DNA of 64,000 nt, taken from contig DATDZA010000035.1 in assembly GCA_035288865.1 (NCBI GenBank), positions 6,758-70,757 of the forward strand, given 5' to 3'. This document shows, in pieces, positions 38,701 through 45,343 of the stretch (positions are counted from its first letter, which is position 1; each line of letters starts with the position of its first letter). Source of the DNA: Candidatus Nanoarchaeia archaeon. Lineage in GTDB: Archaea; Nanobdellota; Nanobdellia; Woesearchaeales; GW2011-AR4. The notes below the pieces were generated by a model. That model did no database searches. It was given only the letters and a program-made list of their open reading frames with translations, and had not been told where the DNA came from. Position numbers and translations under genes: made by a program.

Positions 38701-38707
38701 AAAATGA
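32783..38707 (+). CDS. locus gene C: giant membrane-anchored Cys-rich surface protein (putative adhesin)
   Basis: 1974-aa ORF whose start overlaps the stop of B. It has a Sec-type signal (MKIDKIFLTILAVSIFLTASSIVYS), Cys-rich N-terminal modules and an FN3-like segment. Six tandem Cys-rich modules and two ...[ST]DIDCGG.C... modules follow, then TSP3-like DTDGDG repeats. A C-terminal TM helix (~38185-38255) and a K/R/Q-rich cytoplasmic tail complete it. Confidence 0.85.
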   Translation: MKIDKIFLTILAVSIFLTASSIVYSQSGATVLGCCTNPGAGDRSCSSQRLVQLDEECCPKPESNFLSYYKSAQNPQGPANYNECSSNFFFVNRDCGTVNACALGCCCSNTGGVLAPQSQCTGTGSTFYGGTTICSEVCANPQCNDNLDNDNNGCADFNGADTGCSSTADNEESGGSCSNIAGACLNPAYVPKLTSFEIRPVKGEKRFTMSWSDECSAGASFYEIFKCTGSGCTNFALIGTSTAATFDDSSDLSFGVAYTYQVKSHYTLQAATPIINKTASLGNIECLGKFSTNNFCANNSAYACDSFNKLILSVNCNSPKICSINNNVPVCIARSNCSIGNPFGLFGARNDCEVGKYCFYDKSFSTVNYCFGCEPSMSCYDYKSQQTCTRDNCGVGSCMWKNIGNDFDAGACVSTDEYNCKWCVEKGTSSIGTNRVFNNIFDVCTLEKSRALSQGNFRCYFNNGVATSCQDMGCRSYDPSQCSSENIQHDENNNLINPSGDECGIKVCQNIGNQCVKNADGDNASDCMEDLCEMDYFAPNTTLIPIIKQGVIDSFNINIYDKLSANSSPNLQNSGNYSTYICVEPCGQQGHPYDNFTTSRKLILSGLGIFDGSSGSKILSLQEGNNVVRYYSQDPAKNLEQVKSITIEAHSNSLNPHVIGINVTGASKINQKFITSNSRPTITVLFLDPAIITFARVVNRNTGFMVQLQPSSELNNILNLNINQNIPDGEYTFELNAKNQNNLFMNSLYTAAIIVDTTPPTLNITPATGAILNLTPVNVLLAFSEEVVLSTAKINLADISGSFSTNNKKNYVSSLNLSDGNKVLEVSAKDYAGNQVGRTSTFIVDAYPTQISLSQPQFGVSPTYNFNIAVQTDNNAQCRYELDNNLDFEFMNTFSSTGGVIHIIQNFNRITVGDTNVHKLYVKCQASRGLASNIFDLSVDTSPPQIINSFAYPNPIIERPIRTSLTVQTDEPAICKYSANTNDFNSMENKFYGFDNNTFLTIIRQQIELANDGVYVYYAACKNKAQSVSNTSQINFNVNLASPLNVISHTPLYFNTSIIVLAVETNKLAQCKYSETDPTVQTGFIFGAPSYGHTVQLTLPTGRHDFYVACKDQYLQQWSSPLKVSLIADPTQPIMLFVNDTSTLEFAVEKTCNTDKLRVKFLGEDPESGIKNYFYSIIKNNLPITPLTDAFNGNEWIWVQNLSLQDNSLYFFSVQAKNYAELSSAPKISDGITVDTSACMPAARCQDGVINQANEECDKTSFGSINSCLNYTNFVGGHLQCNINCQLDTSGCVKLPDCGNNRLDPGESCDGNLFGAINSCTNFSTFSGGSLRCSPTTCQLDTSFCTEKPKCGNSVIDLGESCDTFNLGPLSGKCVDYNPSTFTDGNLSCNSCKINTLGCQGIQGSCGNGIINIGETCDGINFGQIKGCTNFTTFNGGTLKCDASNCQLDTSSCIEKPKCGNTVIDLGESCDSNNLGPLTGNCIDYSYDFNAGTLNCTSCKLDTGACSRASLCGNNRLDTGETCDGTKFTLSDLTCNSYNSNFRNGTLVCGSSCSISTRNCNSNVTVQPPITCKDNGTCKINDACDDSSDCESRYCDSNKKCQTPSCTDVTKNQDESDIDCGGSCAKCESNKACRSSSDCLAGSCNFGMCGSQELCLDGELSPGETDIDCGGQCPKKCSEERSCEVDADCQSELVCRYSQCKQPALPQPQNPTETDTDGDGMTDNWEVENGLNPNDPNDAEADDDKDGLTNLQEFKLKDTYSSSADPHNADTDGDGINDGDEVQAGTNPLDAKDFTKSSKTKIILFILGAIILISGFGYLAYNAVQKRKENEFEIPRQRELPRQRESPVIPQSPRPAQPVFRPRLNYGADQMRINESLRAKQQQMDLERKRLFEPFGAVKPQAQKTQQSAPETQKEEQKAKPKNKEIKRQHKPNRESKKKVRPKKSKEDVFIKLQEIARESKNKIKGKNKNASAK
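36515..37470 (+). repeat. in-frame tandem array of six ~53-aa Cys-rich modules inside gene C
   Basis: Each module is C[GQ][ND]xxx[DN]xGE[ST]CD...C.N[FY]..F.GG.L.C...C.LDTS.C. At DNA level, 36821-36871 and 37145-37195 differ at 2 of 51 nt by my alignment. Their 324-nt offset equals two modules. Confidence 0.85.
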
Positions 38708-39186
38708 GGAAATCGCAGCTCTATGGCCAGATTTTTATTTACATCCTGACGATACTCCTAATATTTTTTATTCTAATTTATGGATACAACGCAATTTCTA
38801 ATTTTAAAGGCAGGACTGAACAGATAGTTTCATTGAAACTTGGCGAAGAAATCAAGAATTCTGTGCAAAGCATAACTCCAGATTTTGGAAGTGTGGTTAA
38901 AAAGGAACTTGACATTGGAGGCGCTTCTGAGATATGTTTTGTTGAGAGCTATAATATCCCTAGCCTTCCAATTGATACAAGAAACAAATATCCCTTAATA
39001 CAGGATAGCGTGGACTCGAAAAGCGGCAAGAATGTTTTTTTGGTCGGGAAAAATGCCGAAACATCTTTTTATGGTGGAATCATTTCAGTTGAGCCGGACC
39101 TACTCTGCATTGCTCCAAAGGGTGGAAGAGTAAATTTGAAATTGGAAGGTATGGGTGACCATGCTGATATAACTAAGTGGACTTAA
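38704..39186 (+). CDS. locus gene D: class III (pilin-like) leader protein, unknown function
   Basis: 160-aa ORF whose start overlaps the stop of C (ATGA). Leader MRKSQLYGQIFIYILTILLIFFILIYG. Confidence 0.7.
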   Translation: MRKSQLYGQIFIYILTILLIFFILIYGYNAISNFKGRTEQIVSLKLGEEIKNSVQSITPDFGSVVKKELDIGGASEICFVESYNIPSLPIDTRNKYPLIQDSVDSKSGKNVFLVGKNAETSFYGGIISVEPDLLCIAPKGGRVNLKLEGMGDHADITKWT

Positions 39187-39187
39187 A

Positions 39188-40216
39188 ATGAGAAATAAAA
39201 AAGCCTTTGAGATACAGTTCAACTGGATTTTTGTGCTTATAGCTGGAGCCGCAATACTGGTAATTTTCTCATTGGTAATATTCAAGCAAAAAAGCTTATC
39301 TGAGCAATCTACAAACAGCATTGCGCTTAGAAGCATAGAGTCTGTTGTCGCCGGCACCAGCGTCAGCACAGACGTATCAAGCTTGATAACTGTGCCGGAT
39401 TTGAGCATAGGAGTTGACTGCGGCAAAATTTCAATAGGTAAAATTTCAAAGCAGTATCCGCGGCTGGTTTTATTTTCTCCGTCATTAATAAAAGGCAACA
39501 AGATAATCGCGCAGACTTTATCTTTCAGCGCGCCTTATAAGTCTTCAAATCTCCTTTTTATGACGAGCCAGCAGATAAAATATATTCTTATAGGTGATTC
39601 ACCTTTAATTAAATCTATAAACAAATCATTGTCATCAGAAATCAATAAGGAAATTTTTTCTTCCTACGACCCGTCAAAGATTAAAAATTCCAATAATTAC
39701 AAAGTTCGGTTTGTTTTTGACAATATAGGCTCATCACCCCTCACTTTTCCGAATTCATTATCAAAAATGCCCGACGGCGATGTTACGGCATTGAAAATAA
39801 CGGGAAATTTAGATAATGGGGTGATTGATTTTTACGAGAATAATGCCGGATCTTTTGTGAACAAAGGCACATCCTATTATATAGGGAAAGCGGCATTGAT
39901 AGGTGCAATTTACGCGGACACCGTGGAACATTATGAATGTAATATAAAGAATGTTTTTGCAAGGCATGGTATTGTTAGTGACGTGTATCTCAGCAGAACT
40001 ACTGACTTGAACAATGATGCCTTTTTGAGTTCGGAATGCAAACAGGCTTATTCAACTTCACTCTCGCTTATATCTAATATAGGAGCTGCGTCGAGAAATC
40101 TCGCGCGTGCCACGCCGCTATCGCAATCGGATGTAAACATAATTATTGGCTCTTCTGATCCGTTATCAATTCAAAATAAGGAAACTCAGAAATTTTCCTG
40201 CCCCCTTATTTATTAA
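39188..40216 (+). CDS. locus gene E: class III (pilin-like) leader protein, unknown function
   Basis: 342-aa ORF, 1 nt after D. Leader MRNKKAFEIQFNWIFVLIAGAAILVIFSLVIF. Confidence 0.7.
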   Translation: MRNKKAFEIQFNWIFVLIAGAAILVIFSLVIFKQKSLSEQSTNSIALRSIESVVAGTSVSTDVSSLITVPDLSIGVDCGKISIGKISKQYPRLVLFSPSLIKGNKIIAQTLSFSAPYKSSNLLFMTSQQIKYILIGDSPLIKSINKSLSSEINKEIFSSYDPSKIKNSNNYKVRFVFDNIGSSPLTFPNSLSKMPDGDVTALKITGNLDNGVIDFYENNAGSFVNKGTSYYIGKAALIGAIYADTVEHYECNIKNVFARHGIVSDVYLSRTTDLNNDAFLSSECKQAYSTSLSLISNIGAASRNLARATPLSQSDVNIIIGSSDPLSIQNKETQKFSCPLIY

Positions 40217-40217
40217 A

Positions 40218-40706
40218 ATGAATAATAGAAAAGCCCAGATACAGATTTTTGAGACAATAGCCGTATTAGTTGTATTTTTCATGCTTTTAGGGATAGGATT
40301 TATTTTTTATACAAAAGTTATTAGTAGCAATATTGAATCTGACACGGCAGAAATCTCCCAAAGCAAATCTATTTCAATAGCCCAGCGCGTCATGTTTCTT
40401 CCGGAAATACAATGCAGCGAGGATAGCGTTCCGAAAGAGAACTGCATTGACACTTTGAAATTAGATTCAGCAATTTCTGTCATCAATAAACCTGAGAATT
40501 CACTTTACTATTACGATTTATTTGAATTCAGTGACATAAGTATAAAAGAGATTTATCCTTCTTCCGGTGCCGCAATTCAATTGTATTCTAAATTTACAAC
40601 TGACTATAAAAATAAATTTCAAACAAATATCCCAGTTGCCTTGTATGACCCTAAAACTAAAATAAATAAATTTGGATTAATTAGCATAACGACGCAAACA
40701 AAATGA
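40218..40706 (+). CDS. locus gene F: class III (pilin-like) leader protein, unknown function
   Basis: Start taken at ATG 40218, 1 nt after E; the track start 40146 overlaps E. Leader MNNRKAQIQIFETIAVLVVFFMLLGIGFIFY. Confidence 0.7.
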   Translation: MNNRKAQIQIFETIAVLVVFFMLLGIGFIFYTKVISSNIESDTAEISQSKSISIAQRVMFLPEIQCSEDSVPKENCIDTLKLDSAISVINKPENSLYYYDLFEFSDISIKEIYPSSGAAIQLYSKFTTDYKNKFQTNIPVALYDPKTKINKFGLISITTQTK

Positions 40707-41197
40707 AAAAGGCTCAAACAGAGATATTGGGGCTTGCAATTGTAGTTGTTCTAGTGATTATCGGGACTATCCTTGTTGTAAAATTTGGATTTACCAAATC
40801 AACAAATGTTAGAAATGATTTTACAAGCTCACAGGAGGCCTCTAACATACTTAACACTTTTTTAAAAACATCAGCTCCAGATTGCTCCCAGCTTACTATG
40901 ACGGAATTATTGCAGGACTGCGCGCAGGGAACCGGATTAGTTTGCAGCAATGGTGAAGACTCGTGCAGTTTCGTCAAATCTGCCGCTACAGCAATTCTTT
41001 CAGGAACTATCGGCGCTGAAAAGAAGAAATATGAATTTCTAGCGTGCAGTAACTTTAACATGAAAGAAATAAAATGCTATGATACACCTCCTTTGGTTGA
41101 AATTGGACAATCTTGCCCAGGGCAGAAAAAATTGAAAATATTTCCAATACCAATAAATCCAGGGACAATTTACGTTAAATTGGAGATTTGCAATTAA
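40703..41197 (+). CDS. locus gene G: class III (pilin-like) leader protein, unknown function
   Basis: 164-aa ORF whose start overlaps the stop of F (ATGA). Leader MKKAQTEILGLAIVVVLVIIGTILVV, with several Cys in the mature part. Confidence 0.7.
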   Translation: MKKAQTEILGLAIVVVLVIIGTILVVKFGFTKSTNVRNDFTSSQEASNILNTFLKTSAPDCSQLTMTELLQDCAQGTGLVCSNGEDSCSFVKSAATAILSGTIGAEKKKYEFLACSNFNMKEIKCYDTPPLVEIGQSCPGQKKLKIFPIPINPGTIYVKLEICN

Positions 41198-41384
41198 AAG
41201 GTAATATGGGAAAATATATTTGAAAAAATGAAGTTATAACTAACTCATTACAAAACATAATAATCTACGAATAAAACTTCCTGCTATGTAAAATCCAAAG
41301 AGGAGACATGTTTAATGCCGTAGTTGCACAATATTAATTCCCTCCCTTACGAATTAAAGTTTTGGCCGTGTGTGGGAACTTCCG

Positions 41385-41399
41385 ATATATTTAAATATA
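41385..41399 (+). promoter_or_regulatory. TATA-like element of a candidate internal promoter for the small pilin genes
   Basis: ATATATTTAAATATA lies ~40 nt upstream of ATG 41435 in the only long gap of the locus. It is flanked by AACTTCC repeats at 41377-41383 and 41399-41405. A GAGGA RBS-like sequence is at 41426-41430. Confidence 0.35.
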
Positions 41400-41434
41400 A
41401 CTTCCTTTACAAGTTGCCTAATAAAGAGGATAAC

Positions 41435-41731
41435 ATGAGAAAAAAAGCGCAGGGTATGTCTATCAACGTGATTATCATAGCTGCCATTGGACTGGCAGTT
41501 TTAGTTGTTCTGTTCGCTATATTCACAGGCAGGCTTAACATATTCAGCTTGGGTATTTCAAAGACCGCATCCTGTGAGAATGCGTGCAAGGCACAGGCGA
41601 AAGGATTTGGAACAGAATCCAATGATGCTGCCTGCAGGGCAGATTCAACTGGAACGAGAACCTATGTTCCGGGTAAATATGACGATGTGCCAGCCGGGGG
41701 AGCATGCTGTTGTGTCCCATCCTTTAATTAA
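41435..41731 (+). CDS. locus gene H: small pilin-like protein (candidate major subunit)
   Basis: Start taken at ATG 41435, in frame within track ORF 41324. 98 aa: MRKKAQGMSINVIIIAAIGLAVLVVLFAIFTGR..., ending ...GGACCCVPSFN. It is a paralogue of gene I. Confidence 0.7.
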   Translation: MRKKAQGMSINVIIIAAIGLAVLVVLFAIFTGRLNIFSLGISKTASCENACKAQAKGFGTESNDAACRADSTGTRTYVPGKYDDVPAGGACCCVPSFN

Positions 41732-41770
41732 ACCAAATATTTATATATCTGATTCTCTAAAATTCTTGTA

Positions 41771-42049
41771 ATGGTTGGAGTTAATCGTAGGTCGCAAGGA
41801 ATGCCGGTAAATGTAATAATTATAGCAGTTCTTGCCTTGATAGTATTAGTCGTTCTGACTATTATATTTACTGGCAGGATTAGGATATTTTCATCAACTT
41901 TGGAAAGTTGCCAAGCAAAACAAGGGCAGTGTGAAACTGGCCCTTTTTGTTCATCCAACAAGGCACTTGTTACTGGAACCAACTGTCCGGAAACAGCACA
42001 AGACAAACCTAATAAAAAAATATGTTGTGTTCAAGTATTAAATCCATAA
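41771..42049 (+). CDS. locus gene I: small pilin-like protein (paralogue of H)
   Basis: 92 aa: MVGVNRRSQGMPVNVIIIAVLALIVLVVLTIIFTGR..., ending ...KKICCVQVLNP. Confidence 0.7.
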   Translation: MVGVNRRSQGMPVNVIIIAVLALIVLVVLTIIFTGRIRIFSSTLESCQAKQGQCETGPFCSSNKALVTGTNCPETAQDKPNKKICCVQVLNP

Positions 42050-42059
42050 TTTGAATAAA

Positions 42060-42182
42060 ATGCAATCTCTATTTAAAAAATCCCAATCAAGGAATGTTTT
42101 TGTATGGATTATAGGCCTTGCGCTAGCTATACTATTTCTATTGGTAGTAGGGAGGGTTTTAGGTGTCCTTAGGCCAAAGTAA
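42060..42182 (+). CDS. locus gene J: 40-aa micro-protein with pilin-like leader (tentative)
   Basis: Not in the track. ATG at 42060, stop at 42180-42182. My translation is MQSLFKKSQSRNVFVWIIGLALAILFLLVVGRVLGVLRPK. It overlaps the GTG start of K by 20 nt. Confidence 0.35.
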   Translation: MQSLFKKSQSRNVFVWIIGLALAILFLLVVGRVLGVLRPK

Positions 42183-43368
42183 TAAGGGAATTGAATGGAA
42201 CTTTCTGATTGAAATCCTTCTCCTCCTAGTTGCAACAACTCTAATAATTACAATATTTACTATAGCGGCAGGAAGGGCTGACGACAAAACATCAGAAAAT
42301 CTTTGTAGGGGATTTAACGCGATAAGATATGCTACTCAAATTGGGGAGGGTAAATTGAGTATAACTGCTGCGCCTAATGCGTGTAAAACAATAGATAAAA
42401 AAGATGTTCCTAGCAAAGATTATAAGAACAATGCCGATAGCACTAAGGACGGCGCCCAAAAAGAAATCAGAGATTTAATGGCAAGGTGCTGGTGGATGTG
42501 GCTTGAAGGAAACCAAAAAAATATGTTTGATAAAAGTTTTTATAACTGGCAAAATGGATGTTTTATATGTTATACTTTTTCAACTGGCAAAGATGTGGGA
42601 TATATGAAGTATGAGGATCTTTCGACATCTCTAAATCAACCTTATTATGCTGTAGATAAGACGGATAGATGTGCTCCTTTAGGCCAAGGAGGGAAGTGTA
42701 TGGATTCTTGCACCGAACCATTTACAACAGAAGTACCCTCGAGCAAGTGCAATCCTCAAGAAAGTTTAGCTGTAGAAATGGGCAACAAATTAATTAATCC
42801 AGACTCAACGACAGGTTCAAACTCAAAAACCGATGGGAAAACCAGCACAGGAGTTCAAATAAGAAAATGCTGCGCTGCCGAAAATGAATGTGAAAATCGG
42901 GGTGGGAGATGCCTGCCTAAGCCTGATCAAGTTTATTCGGTTCCTTATACAGGCTGGGCGTGCAAGCAAGGTCATTGCTATTTGGAACCAGACAGAATGG
43001 CATCTTATCTTGATTACATACAGGGAACAAGAGGAGCAGGCGGAGGCGCCGGAAAAGTTCTTTTCTTAAATGAGGGTGGAATCAATCCCAGAACAAAATA
43101 TGCAATTACTTTTGTAAGCCCTGGAGATAGTTCATGGAACTGGAATTTTGTTGTTAAAGCTGGAACAGCAGCAGGAGCTATAGGCGCGGGTATATTATTA
43201 CAAGCAGTTCCTGTTATTGGCACTGTTGGGGGTTTGACCATGGCGGCTGTAGCATCCTACGAGTTAATATCAGCAGGAAATCCATCTGAGTATAATTATA
43301 TTTTTGTATCAAGCTACGATAGTGTGAAAAACCAATGTGAAATAGAAGCAGGAGCTGGTGAAAAATAA
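42163..43368 (+). CDS. locus gene K: class III (pilin-like) leader protein, Cys-rich, unknown function
   Basis: 401-aa ORF with a GTG start. Leader SLGQSNKGIEWNFLIEILLLLVATTLIITIF. It contains ...IRKCCAAENECENRGGRC... and a Gly/Ala-rich hydrophobic C-terminal region. Confidence 0.7.
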   Translation: MSLGQSNKGIEWNFLIEILLLLVATTLIITIFTIAAGRADDKTSENLCRGFNAIRYATQIGEGKLSITAAPNACKTIDKKDVPSKDYKNNADSTKDGAQKEIRDLMARCWWMWLEGNQKNMFDKSFYNWQNGCFICYTFSTGKDVGYMKYEDLSTSLNQPYYAVDKTDRCAPLGQGGKCMDSCTEPFTTEVPSSKCNPQESLAVEMGNKLINPDSTTGSNSKTDGKTSTGVQIRKCCAAENECENRGGRCLPKPDQVYSVPYTGWACKQGHCYLEPDRMASYLDYIQGTRGAGGGAGKVLFLNEGGINPRTKYAITFVSPGDSSWNWNFVVKAGTAAGAIGAGILLQAVPVIGTVGGLTMAAVASYELISAGNPSEYNYIFVSSYDSVKNQCEIEAGAGEK

Positions 43369-43512
43369 TTTCAAATAAATCTGCAATAATAGAAAGCACT
43401 TTAATTAAAGCTTTAATAGCATTAGCTATATTAGCAGTAGCTATTGGGTTATATGTAATATTCAGCGGAAGATCCAGTTCGATAATTAAAAGTATTACGG
43501 ATTTGTTCTAAA

Positions 43513-44340
43513 ATGGCAGAAGCAATTCTTGGAAAAATTATTCAATGGGGTCTTTTACTTATTTTTCTATTCATCGTTATGTTTGCGTTTCTCAATCCAA
43601 AATTTGGCCTGATGCAGAAAATTGGAAAAGCATCACTAAGTTTTGAAAGATTTCTTCCCGACAGTCCAAGCAAAGATGTGGCTGCAGACCAATCCCTGCC
43701 AAAAGAAGCGACAAGCATCCAGCAAAGGTTTCTCAGTGAAATCTCAACATATTCTGACAAAAGCAATTGCCTGCTAAGATTTAGCGATCTTTCAGGCTTA
43801 GAGGATACAAAACTTGAACTTGTCAATTTCGAAGGCAAAATTTCTTCCAGAATTCAAAAACCTACAGGACAAAAGTTAAATCCCATTCCAACGGGAATAA
43901 ATGTTCAGCTTTGCAAAATTAATGCAGAGGAGCTGTATAATTGCTGCCTTAAAAATAATGAAGCTACAGATTGTAGTAAGTGCGGCTCACAAATATACTC
44001 AACGATAAGTTCTGTGTTATTATCAAATGATAAAATTGTATTGAGCAGCCTTAAGTCTGGGGAGTATAATTATGCAAAAGGATTGATATTTAAGCCAACT
44101 GCAGATAGAACGTGTTTTATTCCTGTGTATTCAGGATGGTTTACCAAACCCGGATGCGAGGCATCAGGGGATAAGTTAGATGATGATTGTATTACAGATA
44201 TAGAGATAAAAATTTCAAATTGTGGGGAATCAAAGTCATGTAAATCACCCAATCTCTGTGTATCTGCTCCTGAGTGTAGTGGCTCGGTAATAACAAACGA
44301 AGCATGCCAAAATGACCAAGTATGTTGCGCATTTAACTAA
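43513..44340 (+). CDS. locus gene M: N-terminally anchored exported protein, Cys-rich C-terminus
   Basis: 275-aa ORF. N-terminus MAEAILGKIIQWGLLLIFLFIVMFAFL, with no [KR]-[GAS] motif. It ends ...CSGSVITNEACQNDQVCCAFN. Confidence 0.7.
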   Translation: MAEAILGKIIQWGLLLIFLFIVMFAFLNPKFGLMQKIGKASLSFERFLPDSPSKDVAADQSLPKEATSIQQRFLSEISTYSDKSNCLLRFSDLSGLEDTKLELVNFEGKISSRIQKPTGQKLNPIPTGINVQLCKINAEELYNCCLKNNEATDCSKCGSQIYSTISSVLLSNDKIVLSSLKSGEYNYAKGLIFKPTADRTCFIPVYSGWFTKPGCEASGDKLDDDCITDIEIKISNCGESKSCKSPNLCVSAPECSGSVITNEACQNDQVCCAFN

Positions 44341-44341
44341 A

Positions 44342-44614
44342 ATGAAAAACAAAAGAGCTTCTGAATCAACGATATGGCTTGTTGTTGTAATTGCGCTTCT
44401 TTTACTTTTTTTCCTTATATATTCCGGAGTGCTTGGAAAACTTTACAATAAGATATTTTCAGGAACCAGTAAGCAAATAGACAGTACAAATGATGATGAT
44501 AATGACGGCGTTGCAAATTTTATGGACAAATGCCCTGGAACAGATACTGGTGAACCCGCAGACCAATCCGGATGTTCCTCGGGACAAAAAGAAAATAAGA
44601 ATCCCTTAATCTAA
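44342..44614 (+). CDS. locus gene N: small pilin-like protein with thrombospondin type 3-like Ca-binding motif
   Basis: Start taken at ATG 44342, 1 nt after M. 90 aa with leader MKNKRASESTIWLVVVIALLLLFFLIYS, then DDDNDGVANFMDKCPGTDTGEPADQSGC. Confidence 0.65.
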   Translation: MKNKRASESTIWLVVVIALLLLFFLIYSGVLGKLYNKIFSGTSKQIDSTNDDDNDGVANFMDKCPGTDTGEPADQSGCSSGQKENKNPLI

Positions 44615-44615
44615 C

Positions 44616-45302
44616 ATGAACAAAAAGAAAGGAATGGCAATAGAGGCCCTTATGAGGATCATAATAGCAATCATACTTCTTTTTATAGCGATCAAGGTTG
44701 GCCAAAAAGTGGTAAGCATTTTTGCAGGAAGTGATGCGCCAAAGAGCCTCGAGGATTTTACACAAGAGCTTAATGACCCTAATTTTAAGAACGGTGACTC
44801 CAAATCTACTTTTGTGATTTTAGATCCTGATATGGCAGTAATCGGTTTCAGCAAAAGTGCCACGGAATTTAGATGCTATGGCTGTCTTAATGACAAAGAA
44901 TATTCAGGCAAACTGATTTATTATTCAATGAAAAAGCCTGCTTATTCTGAGTGCAGTGACAAGGCGTGCGCATGTGTTTGCTTAAGTGATTTTAGCGCTT
45001 TGCCTGCTTCAGAGGGAGAAGCAAGAGAGTTATACTGCAGAAAATTTTATTGCAGGACATTAACAACAGATATTGCTTCTGATCTTTCGCTTCAAGGTCC
45101 AAGAAAAAGGTCTGGGGTGGATTTGCCTTCTTACCCTTATTGGCAAAATGGATTTATGTTTGTCAGGGCAACTAGTTCGAGTACACCTTCAAATGGAATG
45201 AATCCCCCCAACAGCGATAGAAAACAGGCAATCTGCATTGCAAAAATTAACAGAGGTGGAAATTTTTATTCTGCAGCACTTCCTTTGGCCTGCGCCAGCT
45301 AA
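44616..45302 (+). CDS. locus gene O: class III (pilin-like) leader protein, Cys-rich
   Basis: 228-aa ORF, 1 nt after N. Leader MNKKKGMAIEALMRIIIAIILLFIAIKV. Confidence 0.7.
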   Translation: MNKKKGMAIEALMRIIIAIILLFIAIKVGQKVVSIFAGSDAPKSLEDFTQELNDPNFKNGDSKSTFVILDPDMAVIGFSKSATEFRCYGCLNDKEYSGKLIYYSMKKPAYSECSDKACACVCLSDFSALPASEGEARELYCRKFYCRTLTTDIASDLSLQGPRKRSGVDLPSYPYWQNGFMFVRATSSSTPSNGMNPPNSDRKQAICIAKINRGGNFYSAALPLACAS

Positions 45303-45343
45303 TAAACAAAAATATTATAAATTGAGGATAAATTATTAATTCT

